From Octopus bimaculoides (taxonomy: Eukaryota), in NCBI RefSeq assembly GCF_001194135.2, contig NC_068981.1:187508241-187547384 (forward strand): DNA of 39,144 nt, in the 5' to 3' direction. The notes beneath the pieces are model-generated. The model made no database searches and was not told the origin of the DNA. It saw nothing but the letters and a program-made list of their open reading frames with translations. The first letter of the stretch is position 1. The number at the start of each line of letters is the position of its first letter. The translations under genes were made by a program, and so were the position numbers. Shown one piece after another: positions 12,394-23,540 of this stretch.

Positions 12394-12990
12394 GATGGCA
12401 GAATCGTTAGCACGCTGGACAAAATGCTTAGCGGTACTTCGTCCGTTTGTATGTCCTGAGTTCAAATCCTGCTGAAGTCGACTTTGATTTTCATCCTTTC
12501 GGGGTCAATAAAATAAATACCATTCAAGTACTGGGGTGGATGTAATCGACTATCCCCCTACCCCAAAGTTTTATGTCATGTGCCTATAGCAGAAAGGATT
12601 GATTTTAGCTTATAAAAGGCGGGGACCTGGCAGAATGGTTATCTCACCGGAAAAATGCTTAGTAGTTTCTTTCGACTTTTCTTTCTGAGTTCAAATTCCG
12701 CTGAGGTCGATGTTACTTCATCGTTTCGGGGTTGATAAAATAAGTTCCAGTTGAACACTGGAAATTGCTTGCTTTGTTTCAAAATTTGCAAGCAATAGTT
12801 TTTGCTACAAACATAAGCAGAAGGTGTGAAATTCGAGGGAGGATTATAACCAATTATATCGACCCTATGCGGAAGAAGGAAAGAGAAAGTTGACTGCAGC
12901 AGGATTTGAACTCAGGGCGTAAAGAGTAGGAAGAAATGATGCGAGGTAAGTTATCTGCGTCTCAAGCAATGTTTCCAAGCCACCGCCCTT
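12394..12990. mobile_element. Cluster of three decayed SINE-A copies (+ 12394-12601, + 12618-12760, - ~12800-12990)
   Basis: Repeated tggcagaat...gagttcaaat... heads and gtcgac/atcgac bodies. Confidence 0.75.
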
Positions 12991-13049
12991 ATTCACACCA
13001 GAATTAAAGCGCATAGCTTTCTTCTTTCTTCTCTGAGAGAATATTAATA

Positions 13050-13464
13050 TCCTTTTCTACTCTAGGCACAAGGCCCGGAACTTTTGGAGAGAGGGCCAAT
13101 GGATTAGATCGACCCAGTATTTCACTGGTACTTAATTTACCGACCCCGAAAGGATGAAAGGTAAAGTCGACCTTGGCGGAACGTGAAGACATGAAATACT
13201 GCTAAGCATTTCGTCCGGCATACTAACGTTTCTTATTTCTTTATTGCCCACAAGGTGCTAAACATAGAGGGGACAAACAAGGACAGACAAAGGCATTAAG
13301 TCGATTACATCGACCCCAGTACGTAACTGGTACTCAATTTATCGACCCCGAAAGGATGAAAGGCAAAGTCGACCTCGGCGGAATTTGAACTCAGAACGTA
13401 AAGACAGACGAAATACCACTAAGCATTTCACCCGGTGTGCTAACGTTTCTGCCAGCTCGCCGCC
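13050..13464 (-). mobile_element. SINE-A with a tail-swapped SINE-A variant inserted in its head (tandem dimer)
   Basis: Duplicated target (c)gtgctaacgtttct at 13219-13233 and 13436-13450. The inserted copy ends in tail ...tttgtcccctctatgtttagcaccttgtgggcaataaagaaata (minus) instead of the normal ...gccttgtgcctagagtagaaaagg tail. Confidence 0.85.
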
Positions 13465-13479
13465 TTCCATTCTTATAAA

Positions 13480-13752
13480 TATTCTTTTCTACTCTAGACA
13501 CAAGACCCGAAATATTTGGGGAGGGGGCCAGTCGATTAGATCGATCCCAGTACGTAACTGGTACTTAATTTATCAACCACGAAAGGATGAAAGGCAAAGT
13601 TGTCCGCGTTGGAAATTGAACTCAGGACGTAAAGACATACGAAATACTGCGAAGCATTTCGCCCGACGTGCATTTCTTATTTCTTTATTGCCCACAAGGG
13701 ACTAAACACAGAGGGGACAAACGACGTGCTAACGTTTCTGCCAGCCCGCTGC
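13480..13752 (-). mobile_element. SINE-A with a 45-bp 5'-truncated tail insertion (13678-13722) in its head
   Basis: gacgtgctaacgtttct at 13723-13739, partially duplicated at 13665-13677 (gacgtgc-atttct); the insert matches the tail at 13234-13278. Confidence 0.8.
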
Positions 13753-13911
13753 TTTAGAGAATATAACTATGAAGATATGATTGTTAGATGTTATGCAAGT
13801 AAAAGTTCATTAGAAAACTTCAGAACCCGAGAAGGTATGAAGACAAAACGTCCTGACAGAAGTTGAGACTGAAAATACTGGAGTTAAATATTTTGCTGTA
13901 GTATCATTTAC

Positions 13912-14242
13912 TTTTAACTGTTTCAGTCGTTAGACTGCGGCCATTCTGTGATATCAGCTTGAAGGAGTTTTAGTTGAATGAATCGACTCCAATACTTATG
14001 TTTTGAAGCCTGGTACTGACACTGTCGTTCTGTTTTGTCGCACAGCTAAGTTACAGGGACGTAAATACACCAATACCGGTTATCAAGCGGTGTTGGAGAC
14101 AAACGCACACACACAGAGGCTTCTTATAGTTTCTGCCTACCAAATCCATTCACAAGGCTATGGTCGAAGAGACTTGCCACGCAGCAGGAATGACACCGGA
14201 ATCATGTTGGAAAGAAAACTTCTTACCACACAGCCACGCTGT
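13912..14242 (-). mobile_element. SINE-B, decayed
   Basis: ctgtttcagtcgttagactgcggccatt...ctaccaaatccattcacaaggc...ttcttaccacacagccacgc. Confidence 0.75.
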
Positions 14243-14357
14243 GAAAATATATATTCAGGGTTGTGTCAAATATGTGATTAATGAAAACAATTGCGAAAAT
14301 ATTCAACGCAGACGAAACCGGAATTTCTGAAACTAAATGGTACAAGCAAAAATTGTA

Positions 14358-14735
14358 CGCGATTTGTGTTCATAACACTCGTGACTTACGGGTTCACCGG
14401 TTCATAGGTTTAGGGAATATCGCTTAAAAGGACGAGTGGTTCTCCAGTGGCGAAAAGCAACAGCGATCGGATATGTATGCTCGAATCTGTCAGACAATAT
14501 TAAGAATGAATAGATACGTTATTGATTCGATTCTCGCTGTTCTGCGCGCATCCCATGAATTATTATCTGTTTGACAAGCGTCAGCACGCATCATTAAATA
14601 GTTTATTTGCTGATTCCGAGAAACAAGACTTTGGTCTTTTGAGATTCATGAGGAAACAAACAACGAGGTTAAAACAACATAGAATCTCGAAGTTTCCTTA
14701 CACCAGTGAATTACGTGTTATGAACACAAATCGCA
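14358..14735. mobile_element. MITE, 378 bp, 20-bp perfect terminal inverted repeat (TIR), TA TSD (Tc1/mariner-type)
   Basis: gcgatttgtgttcataacac (14359-14378) and gtgttatgaacacaaatcgc (14715-14734); TA at 14356-14357 and 14736-14737. Confidence 0.72.
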
Positions 14736-14946
14736 TAAAAGGAGGACAGTGTTCCCCCGTTGGTAATCAGATATTTACGTTTCAAATCTGCCAAAATGAA
14801 TTAAGAATAAGCAGAGACGATTAAGAGAGCATTCATCAATCAAAAGACGAAGTTACAGTCAGCAGTATGAGAGGAATCTGGGGGAAATGCTCTGCCTGAA
14901 TGTTCTAGTGATTTCAGTGGCTTCAAAAATCCAGTGTAGAAAATCA

Positions 14947-15290
14947 TTATTGTCTCCACTTTAACGAAGGCAGAAGTATTGTTTTCAGTCGTGTTTGTTT
15001 GTTAGTTTGTCCGTGGACAAGATATCTCAAGAACCACTGAATGAATTCGGATGAAACTTTCAGGGATGTTTGGCCTCGTGACTAGCACGAACTGATTAGA
15101 TTTTGGGTTCGATCTGATACCAGACAAGGATTCTGGATTATTTTTCCTGTTTATTACTTATTTAATTTTTGAGAGCGGTCGAGTTCATTTTTAGTATTCT
15201 CGTTTGTGAGAGCAGTCGAGTTTATTTCAGATATTCTCATTCTAAAAATCATCTCCGGCTAATCGTTGAGAGGACATTGGTGTTGCTTTA
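14947..15290 (+). mobile_element. Helentron-associated non-autonomous element (HINE/DINE-1-like), 3'-truncated
   Basis: ttattgtctccac...gtattgttttcagtcgtgtttgtttgttagtttgtccgtggacaagatatctcaagaaccactg...ggatgaaactttcagggatgtt...gattagattttggg matches the DINE-1/HINE architecture (sub-terminal repeat, GTYT-type microsatellite, conserved core). No 3' hairpin seen. Confidence 0.6.
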
Positions 15291-15315
15291 TTAAAATTAA
15301 TACTACTAGAAGACA

Positions 15316-15610
15316 GACTTTTCCTCCGAGGATGTTGATTTGAGAAAAGTTCGTGAAATATTGGAGTTGTCACATTCGAAAGACTTAAGTGACGAGGATC
15401 TCATTGAAATCAAGTATGAAAAGAGAGTATATGAAACAAGAAGGAGGACAGGACCGACCAAACGGAAATTGCGTCTAAGTATATAATAATGAAAGAACTA
15501 ACGAAGTCGGTCAAACAACGATGTAAAGATAAAGTGAAATGCTGAGTGAGAGAGAGGCTCTGTCGGCGAAGTCGAGAGAATCAAATTGCTTGTTATATGC
15601 ACACTTACTC
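15316..15610 (+). pseudogene. pogo/Tigger (TIGD1-like) transposase C-terminal relic
   Basis: DFSSEDVDLRKVREILELSHSKDLSDEDLIEIKYEKRVYE... and later ...RSRENQIACY; resembles the Tigger C-terminal ELLESHSEELTNEELLELE...IACY region. Confidence 0.55.
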
Positions 15611-15624
15611 TTTTGCTACTTTAC

Positions 15625-15790
15625 CAATTTTAGTCATTGAAATGCGGCCAGGCTGGAGTACTACCTTGAGGAGCTTTAATCGAACAAATCAATCCCAGGA
15701 TTTATTTTAAGTTTGATGATTATTCTACCGGTTCTCTTTTGCCAAAGCGCTAATTAACAAGAACGAGAACAAACTAACACCGGTATCACA
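15625..15790 (-). mobile_element. SINE-B 3' half
   Basis: ttttagtcattgaaatgcggccaggctggag...ggttctcttttgccaaagcgctaa. Confidence 0.7.
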
Positions 15791-15836
15791 CACATACACA
15801 TGTACACACAAAGACACATACATGCATATATATATA

Positions 15837-15974
15837 TTAGGCAGGATGAGATAACAAAACCAAGGCTGTCAGGAGATTTCAGGACATTTATGAAATATTT
15901 CATTATAAACTATTTCATTATAAATGTACTGACAACTCCTCACAGCCTTGGCTTTGTTGTCTGAGTCTGTCTAA
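15837..15974. mobile_element. 138-bp fold-back MITE (~55-60-bp imperfect TIRs) within (TA)n
   Basis: ttaggcaggatgagataacaaaaccaaggctgtcaggagatttcaggacattta versus reverse complement of the right end ttagacagactcagacaacaaagccaaggctgtgaggagttgtcagtacattta; (TA)n on both sides. Confidence 0.78.
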
Positions 15975-16356
15975 TATATATATATATGCATGCTAATACA
16001 AGACCCACATTAGACACCTCACTCATATCAATATCGAACCAAGAGTTTAACTACTGTCTGTCCATACCACTTAGCTTAGTTAGCGTTACCTGACACTCTT
16101 TGGGTCTTCTAGATACCTCTGGACAGGGACAACTGATAAAGGGGAATATTCTTTATGTTGCATGTCTCGTTTCTGTGTTTGTTTTTTTCGTTGTTCGAAA
16201 AAAGTTCGTTTTCTGTTTTCGTCTTTATGTTTTCGTTTCTCATTGTGTTTAACGTTTTTTTGATGTCCTGTACCCATATATGCATATATGTATACATATA
16301 GATGTAGGTATGTACATATATGTATGGATATATGCATATATTTATATATTATTTAT

Positions 16357-16394
<38 letters not shown>

Positions 16395-17102
16395 GGTCTT
16401 CCACACAGTTTCCATCTATCAAATTCAGTCACTAGACATTAGTAGGCTTAGAGCTACACTAGCAGACGTTTTCCCAATGCACCGAATCCAAAACTGCGTC
16501 GTTACGAAGGGAACTTTTTATAGCTCAGCAGCCATAGGAAAACAAATCAGGCTCTTCAAAGATTTTTCTTTAAAATGGAATGAATAACAGTAAATCAAAT
16601 TTTTTAATTTTTTTTATATTTATCTCCACGTAAAAATGATGTTATATTAGAACGAAAAATACCGCGATATTTACTATCAGAGAACTTCTCATATGGACTT
16701 AAGATGCATACAGGCATTCATGTTTATATCGCTAGCGAGAGATAATCGTCTGCTACCGTCGCCGGAACTATTAGATCACGGGATTTCAGCCTTCCTTGAC
16801 CTCGTCAATGGTAGATGTCCACGTCTAGAGATAACAGCGATTTCTTCGTCAGCGATGTATATAGAACCCCAATGTGTATTCAGGCACTGCTATCGCAAGT
16901 AGCCATTGAATTTATTAATACAAATAATTAACAGCGACAGAAGCAGTGTTAATACCAAAAAGTAAACACAACATCCATTTTTAAGTGGGCGATAAACATT
17001 ACCTTTTGGTACTGATACTGCTTCTAATGCTATTAATTGCTTGTTTATTACTTTCCTTCGGATTAAGTATAATTATTCTTATTCATTATTAGATTTCATT
17101 AA

Positions 17103-17498
17103 TTTCGTCTGTCTTTATGTTCTGAGTTCAAATTCTGCCGAGGTCGACTTTGCCTTTCATCCTTTCGGGGTCGATAAATTAAGTACCAATTGCATACTGT
17201 GGTCGATCTAATCGACTAACCCCCTCCCCCAAAATGTCGTGCCTTGTGCCTAGAGTAGAAAAGATTAGTATATCTTCTTAGGCGGCGAGCTGGCAGAATC
17301 ATTAACGCACCGGTTGAAATGCTTCGCGGTATTTCATGTGTTGTTACGTTCTGAGTTCAAATTCCGACGAGGTCGACCTTACCTTTCATCCTTCTGGGGT
17401 CGATAAATTAAGTACCAGTGAAATACTGGAGTCGATGAAATCGATTATACCCCTCCCCCAAATTTCAGGCCTTGTGCTTATTGTAGAAAGGATTATTA
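17103..17498 (+). mobile_element. Two head-to-tail SINE-A copies (17103-17268 5'-truncated; 17281-17498 full length)
   Basis: ggcggcgagctggcagaatc...gagttcaaattcc...gccttgtgcttattgtagaaaggattatt. Confidence 0.88.
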
Positions 17499-17601
17499 GA
17501 TCTTATTAGCGTAGGACAATTGTAGAGTAATTAATTGCCTTAAGCAAAAAGATTATGGGGGTAATTTTTCTTTAAACGCTTTGAACTTGCGACTTTAAGA
17601 A

Positions 17602-17739
17602 CTGGCACTCCGTTGGTTACAATCACAAGTGTTTCAGTTGACCCGATAAACGGAACAGCCTGCTCGTGAAATTAACATGCAAATGGCTGAGCACTCCATA
17701 GACACGCGTACGCTTAACGTAGTTCTCGGGGAGATTCAG
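17602..17739 (-). mobile_element. SINE-D 3' fragment
   Basis: Reverse complement of the 3' part of 30077-30454 (ctggcactccg...ttaacgtagttctcggggagattcag). Confidence 0.85.
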
Positions 17740-18131
17740 ATTTGACCAATGAAAAGTTTGATTGGGTAATGTGCGGATTTCTGTATGTATTTGGTGGGAG
17801 GAGTAGAAAGTGATGGAAAGAGAGGAAGGAATGGTAGTTATAAGGAGATGGAAGTGTATGTGGTGATGTTGGGATTATTTTAACATTTGAGTATGGGGTA
17901 ATATAATTCTTAGTCACAGCAGGCGGCCCCTCAATGAATTCAGAAGTAGTCGGATCAGCAGGTACAGCTGTTTAGTTGTTGGTGTCCATTGTTGACAAAT
18001 GATATTTTCTTAAAATGTCCTTTTTGGTGGTACAATGGTATAGCATATAGCTGTAGCTATCCTAGGAATACGGACTATGATCTTAAGAAACATATGACTT
18101 GTGGAAACGCGCATAGCGATGCTTTTAAATA

Positions 18132-18167
<36 letters not shown>

Positions 18168-18798
18168 TGTATTTATGTATGTGTATAAGTTTGTGCGTAT
18201 GTATGTGAGTTTGTGTGTGTATGTATGTGTGTGTATGCCTTTGAGTTTGTGTTTATTCTTTATTACAGCTGAACAACTGCAGCTGGCTCGTTTCCGTTCG
18301 CGTAACTTAGTAATTCGGCAAAAGAGACCAATACAATAAGTCCTGGGATCGATTTGTTCGACTAATATACTTGAAGCTTCTGCCCTGGCATGACCGTAGA
18401 GCAATGACTAAAAACAAGCAATGGATAAAAACACTAAAACATACTACTAACATATACGAATGGACATCAGTGGTGAATTCCTTTATATCTTAATATGTAA
18501 TTACGACACCACGCAATAAACCTGGCTATTTTGGTTTAATTACATAATCAGCAACGTTAAACCAGTCTTTTCTTATCAATTGTTCTGAAGTAATGTTTCC
18601 TACATGAAACGAGGATTTCCATTCGCTATTTCCTGTATTTACTTCCTACCAATAACATCCGCCATTACTTTCTGACAAGCATTTCCTGTCAAATATCTGA
18701 TTAAAATAGTTAACTTAGTCATGCAAAGATATAAAGCGGTAGTAATTCACCTTGTACCTGAACTAAAGGTAAATCGCCTTATTATTGTTCAGCCACAA

Positions 18799-18821
18799 TC
18801 AATCAATCAATCAATCAATCA

Positions 18822-18861
<40 letters not shown>

Positions 18862-18914
18862 GATTGTTTGTCTACCAATATGTCTATCAACCATCCAACC
18901 ATTCATCCAGCCAT

Positions 18915-18962
<48 letters not shown>
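18799..18962. repeat. Compound microsatellite (TCAA)n-(TCTA)n...(CA)n
   Basis: Direct reading. Confidence 0.9.
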
Positions 18963-18963
<1 letters not shown>

Positions 18964-20002
18964 AAACATGCACGCACGCACACATGTATATAAGCAAATA
19001 TTAAATTTACTATTTTAAAGTTAGTTTAAGAACGGAACTTGAGGTATCTCGATATCCAGTGTTGCGTCAAATATATAATTCGAATTAACTGCGGATATAA
19101 GTTTTGCCTTCCGGCCTCTTCATCTTTTGCTTCTATAAGCCAATAAACGAAATATGAGGACCCGAATATGCATATCTTGACATACATTCTTACATGCATA
19201 CATAACTGTACTTGGTTTTATGTGTAAATGCCTAACCGACAATCTGGATAAGCTTGAATTTTCAGAAAAAGAAATGAATTCTTCAATTCCTCTGCTCGCT
19301 ACCTCTCTCTTTTCCTTCCACGTGACCAGTGTTCGGCCAAGCATGATCTTTCTTTCTTGGTTCGACTACCGCCTGTACAGCACCTTATTTTCCTATCTCA
19401 TGACTTTCATCTATGTTTGTGTCTCAAGGCCTTTACTTCACACGCCATCTCAACTTGATTTGTCCTCATTTGGCGAAAGACACCTGTTGTTATTCTCTTG
19501 TTGTTTGTATTTGTAACTGTGTAAAATTTTCTCCGCTTTCTCATTTTTGTTTATCTGTATTGTCGTACACATTCGCTTGCTTTCTTCACAAAATTTAATG
19601 CTCTTAGCTTAGAGTTTTTGGGCAGCCAATTTTGAACAGTCTCAAGTGTAAAAGGCCGTATACAAGTGTATATATATATATATATATATNNNNNNNNNNN
19701 NNNNNNNNNNNNNNNNNNNNNNNNNNNNNNNNNNNNNNNNNNNNNNNNNNNNNNNNNNNNNNNNNNNNNNNNNNNNNNNNNNNNNNNNNNNNNNNNNNNN
19801 NNNNNNNNNNNNNNNNNNNNNNNNNNNNNNNNNNNNNNNNNNNNNNNNNNNNNNNNNNNNNNNNNNNNNNNNNNNNNNNNNNNNNNNNNNNNNNNNNNNN
19901 NNNNNNNNNNNNNNNNNNNNNNNNNNNNNNNNNNNNNNNNNNNNNNNNNNNNNNNNNNNATATATATATATATATATAGATACATACACACACACGCGCG
20001 CG

Positions 20003-20163
20003 TACACACGAAAGGGTGATGAGAAGTTCCTGGCTTTGGGTAAAAGAAAATGCAGGAGGAATATTTAATTATGATTTTATCCAACGTATTCCTCTCTCGG
20101 ATTTACACCCTTATTACAGCAGCCCTTCAGTTTTTCTAAGCCCTGTAAAAGAACTCGGAAGGT
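20003..20163 (-). mobile_element. mariner transposon 3' end relic (transposase C-terminus plus TIR)
   Basis: Minus-strand LQGLEKLKGCCNKGVNPREEYVG* resembles the mariner C-terminal GIxKLxxRWxKCIxxxGxY; TIR-like gaaagggtgatgagaagttcctggcttt next to TA. Confidence 0.7.
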
Positions 20164-20411
20164 GTATGTATACACATATATAAATACACATATGAACACA
20201 CTCTCACACAGTCACATATACGCATATATGCATGATCTATAAGTACGAGGCACTGTGTAATGGTAATAAATAAGGTCGGATGAGACAGGGAATGCGATAT
20301 TCCCTTGTTCAAGTCTGTTCTACATTTATAGTAAGGGTTGTGAAGAAACTCCAACGAGTATTCGCTATCAAGACCCTTCTTATTATAGACATATGTATAT
20401 GTATGTGCTTG

Positions 20412-20466
<55 letters not shown>

Positions 20467-20976
20467 GCATGCATGCATGTATGTTTGTATATATATATAC
20501 ATTTGTATGTATTTTACAAATACTGTTTCTTAAAATCCTAAACCTATAAGCCGGGGATTGATTATTTTTTATTGATCAGTACAGAAATAAATTTAGCTAA
20601 TATGCACGCACACAGACACACGTACACAAACGTTCATGCGCACACACACACACACACGCACGATAAATGCATGCATATACACCAAAACATATAAACTGAA
20701 GATATTTGTCACACACAAACAATCGATCGCATGCTGTTAAAAGTGCTGAGTCTTACCAGAAATCAAAGTAGGATATCGAATGATTACGATGTAAAAATAA
20801 ATAAATTATGAAAGGAAAATACTATTTTTCCCGTCGGTGCTATATCACTTCCAACTTCATTTGCATGTCTGTCTGTATAGCTATATATCATTCTATGTTT
20901 CCACTTCGCTGTGTGCCTGTGTGTATGATGCATTTAGTAGTCTAATTACATCCATTTGTTTAGACTGACTGTTTTG

Positions 20977-21021
<45 letters not shown>

Positions 21022-21995
21022 TGTGTGTGTAGAGAGAGTGAGAGAGGGAGAAAGAGAAATATATTCACACACATATATATATACATATACATTTATACAT
21101 ATATATGTGCATATATATGTATATGCAAGTATATATAAATGTATGCATTTATATATATATATATATATATATGAAGGGGGTTTGTATTATAGTGTATAGA
21201 GGAATATATTATTCAAAAGAATTCCAACTCTGTTTTTTAATGTTTTATTTATATTGTTATAATATTAATGTTGGATATAGAATATATAGTATATATAGTA
21301 AAATGAAATGAAGTATTGAATAAATGAAATATTGAATATTAAATATTAAATATTAAATATCAAAGCACTAGTATACTTTCCTGCATTTTAGCCGTCTTCA
21401 AGGTCCCATGTTGTGATAGGAATGTTTACAAACATACACAAGCATACTCGTATATACACATCAATATGTACATATTTATTTTATGAAAGATTTTCTTAAC
21501 AGCTATTAACTATTAAAAACATTTTGTTTTGTTTATGAAAAACACAATGCTACGAATCTTTTGGAAAGAAATTTTCGCATTGTGTGTATTGCATGTCAGC
21601 GCTTTTGCTGTTCAGCTTTTCAAACACTGGGCTAATCCATATAGAGGAAGTTGTTTCTTTATAATGGTGCTGATAACTTCCATTTTAGTTTCGAATTTAG
21701 AATTCCTCTAAAGTATTTTTTTTGCCTCTCGAAGGTTTTCGTTTTTACTTTTGTTTTCAAAGAAGGAAATATTTTGAATTTTCTTTTTGCCAAAATGTCT
21801 AGATGGTCGGTACATGGGACATTTCTAAGGGATATTCAACCAGCCGGCTAATTGAAACATCAGTGCGTGCCTTCCTGTATCAGCAATGACTGATTTTATC
21901 TTAGCATGTGATTGCCAGTGGGTGCATGCTGCTGACAAAGCTCAAGTGCGCACCTTGCGTTCCTACCACTACTTCGAGACGATTTTCGCCCCCTC

Positions 21996-22038
<43 letters not shown>

Positions 22039-22244
22039 CACTGGGTTAATATATTATATTTTGAAGATATATTTCTTTAATAAATATATATATCATAAAA
22101 TATCAAATATTATCAAGTATTACTAATCATTATTAATTATCAAGTATTATTAATAAATTAATTTATATCCATTAAATCTCTCCATTTTCGTACTTAAAAA
22201 TATTATATATATATATATATATAGTGTGTGTGTGTGTATGTATT

Positions 22245-22452
22245 TGTGTGTCTGTGTTTGTCCCCACCACCATCACTTAACAACCGATGCTGGTGTGTTT
22301 ACGTCCCCGTAACGTAGCGGTTCGGCAAAAGAGACCGATAAAATTAGTACAAAGCTTACAAAGAATAAGTCCTGGGGTCGGTTTGTTCGACTAAAAGGCG
22401 CTGCTCCAGCATAGCCGCAGTCAAATGACTATAGCAAGTAAAAGAGTAAAAG
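22245..22452 (+). mobile_element. SINE-B 3' half
   Basis: gtgtctgtgtttgtcccc...gtccccgtaacgtagcggttcggcaaaagagacc...ctccagcatagccgcagtcaaatgac. Confidence 0.85.
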
Positions 22453-22535
22453 AGGAATTGTATTAAAAAATTGTGTTGTAGAAGTATAAGCAATTTATTG
22501 CTTATAAAATTTAACAGTACGATCTTATATGGACT

Positions 22536-22574
22536 CGCAAGGGTCCTATGGACCCTGGCTGGAAACCACTGATT
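22536..22574. mobile_element. Possible hAT/Charlie-type DNA transposon terminus
   Basis: aagggtcctatggaccctggctggaaaccactg resembles the MER5/Charlie end ...ggtcc.tggacccc.ggtt..gaacc.ctg; no partner end found. Confidence 0.35.
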
Positions 22575-22984
22575 TATAATAATGTCTTGCCCATGACTTT
22601 GTAATGATTAAGAACCCAAATTTGCAAATGATATTTCAATTAAGCGTTTCAATATCAAACCAGCATATATAAATATGTAAATTATATCGGCAACGTTATA
22701 AAATATATAAGATTTAGAAAGAAAAGAAAGCAGACGATAATACAGAAAAGCAAAGAAAACACGAAATTAAAGAAGCGAAATAAATTACCTCAACAAAAGA
22801 TGTAGAAAAAATAAAACAAAAAAATGAGGACCCAAACATAAATAAACAAACAAGATGTAATGATTGATTGCAGAAAGTTTTAGCAGTTCGCCAAAATCAG
22901 AATCGTTTGAACTAAATATATAAACTATATAAATCAACCTAGTTTGGCAGATCAGTGCAAGGTCGGACAGACTAGTTTGTGGTG

Positions 22985-23540
22985 TTCTGTTACGTCGTGT
23001 AGTTTAATACTAGCAACATCAGCACCAACACCAGCACCAACACCAACATCAACACCATCACCACCTTTACTACCACCCAAGCATCACCACCATCAATAGT
23101 ACCACCATCACCGCCACCTTCATTTCCATCGCCTTCTCCGCCACCAGCCACATCACCAACAATGCCAACACCAACACCACCAATGCCAGCTTTATCACCA
23201 CCACCATCACCGCCATCACCAACACTACCACCATCGCCCCCACCCACCAACAGAACTATCTTTATCCTTATCTCTTCCGCCACCATCAAAATCACCAGTA
23301 TCCCCATCAGCCGCGTCACAAGCATCATCACCAGCAACATTTTCATCTCCACGTCTACCAGCATCACCAGCACCACCACCATCTCATCCTCACCATCACC
23401 ACCATTACGAATATCACCATCAACTAGTCCAATATCGCCGCCGCCGCTGCCGCCGCTGCCGCCGCTGCCGCCGCTGTAACTGCCACCACCACCACCACCA
23501 CCACTACAACCACTACAACCACTGCCGCCGCTGCCACCAC
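22985..23540. repeat. Degenerate (CCA/CAC/GCC)n low-complexity tract
   Basis: Trinucleotide-periodic; explains the Gly-rich and Pro-rich ORFs. Confidence 0.85.

Noticed and set aside
18590-18700. Cluster of five ETS-like TTCC cores
   Set aside because: Short motifs in AT-rich DNA; an enhancer cannot be supported without chromatin or conservation data.
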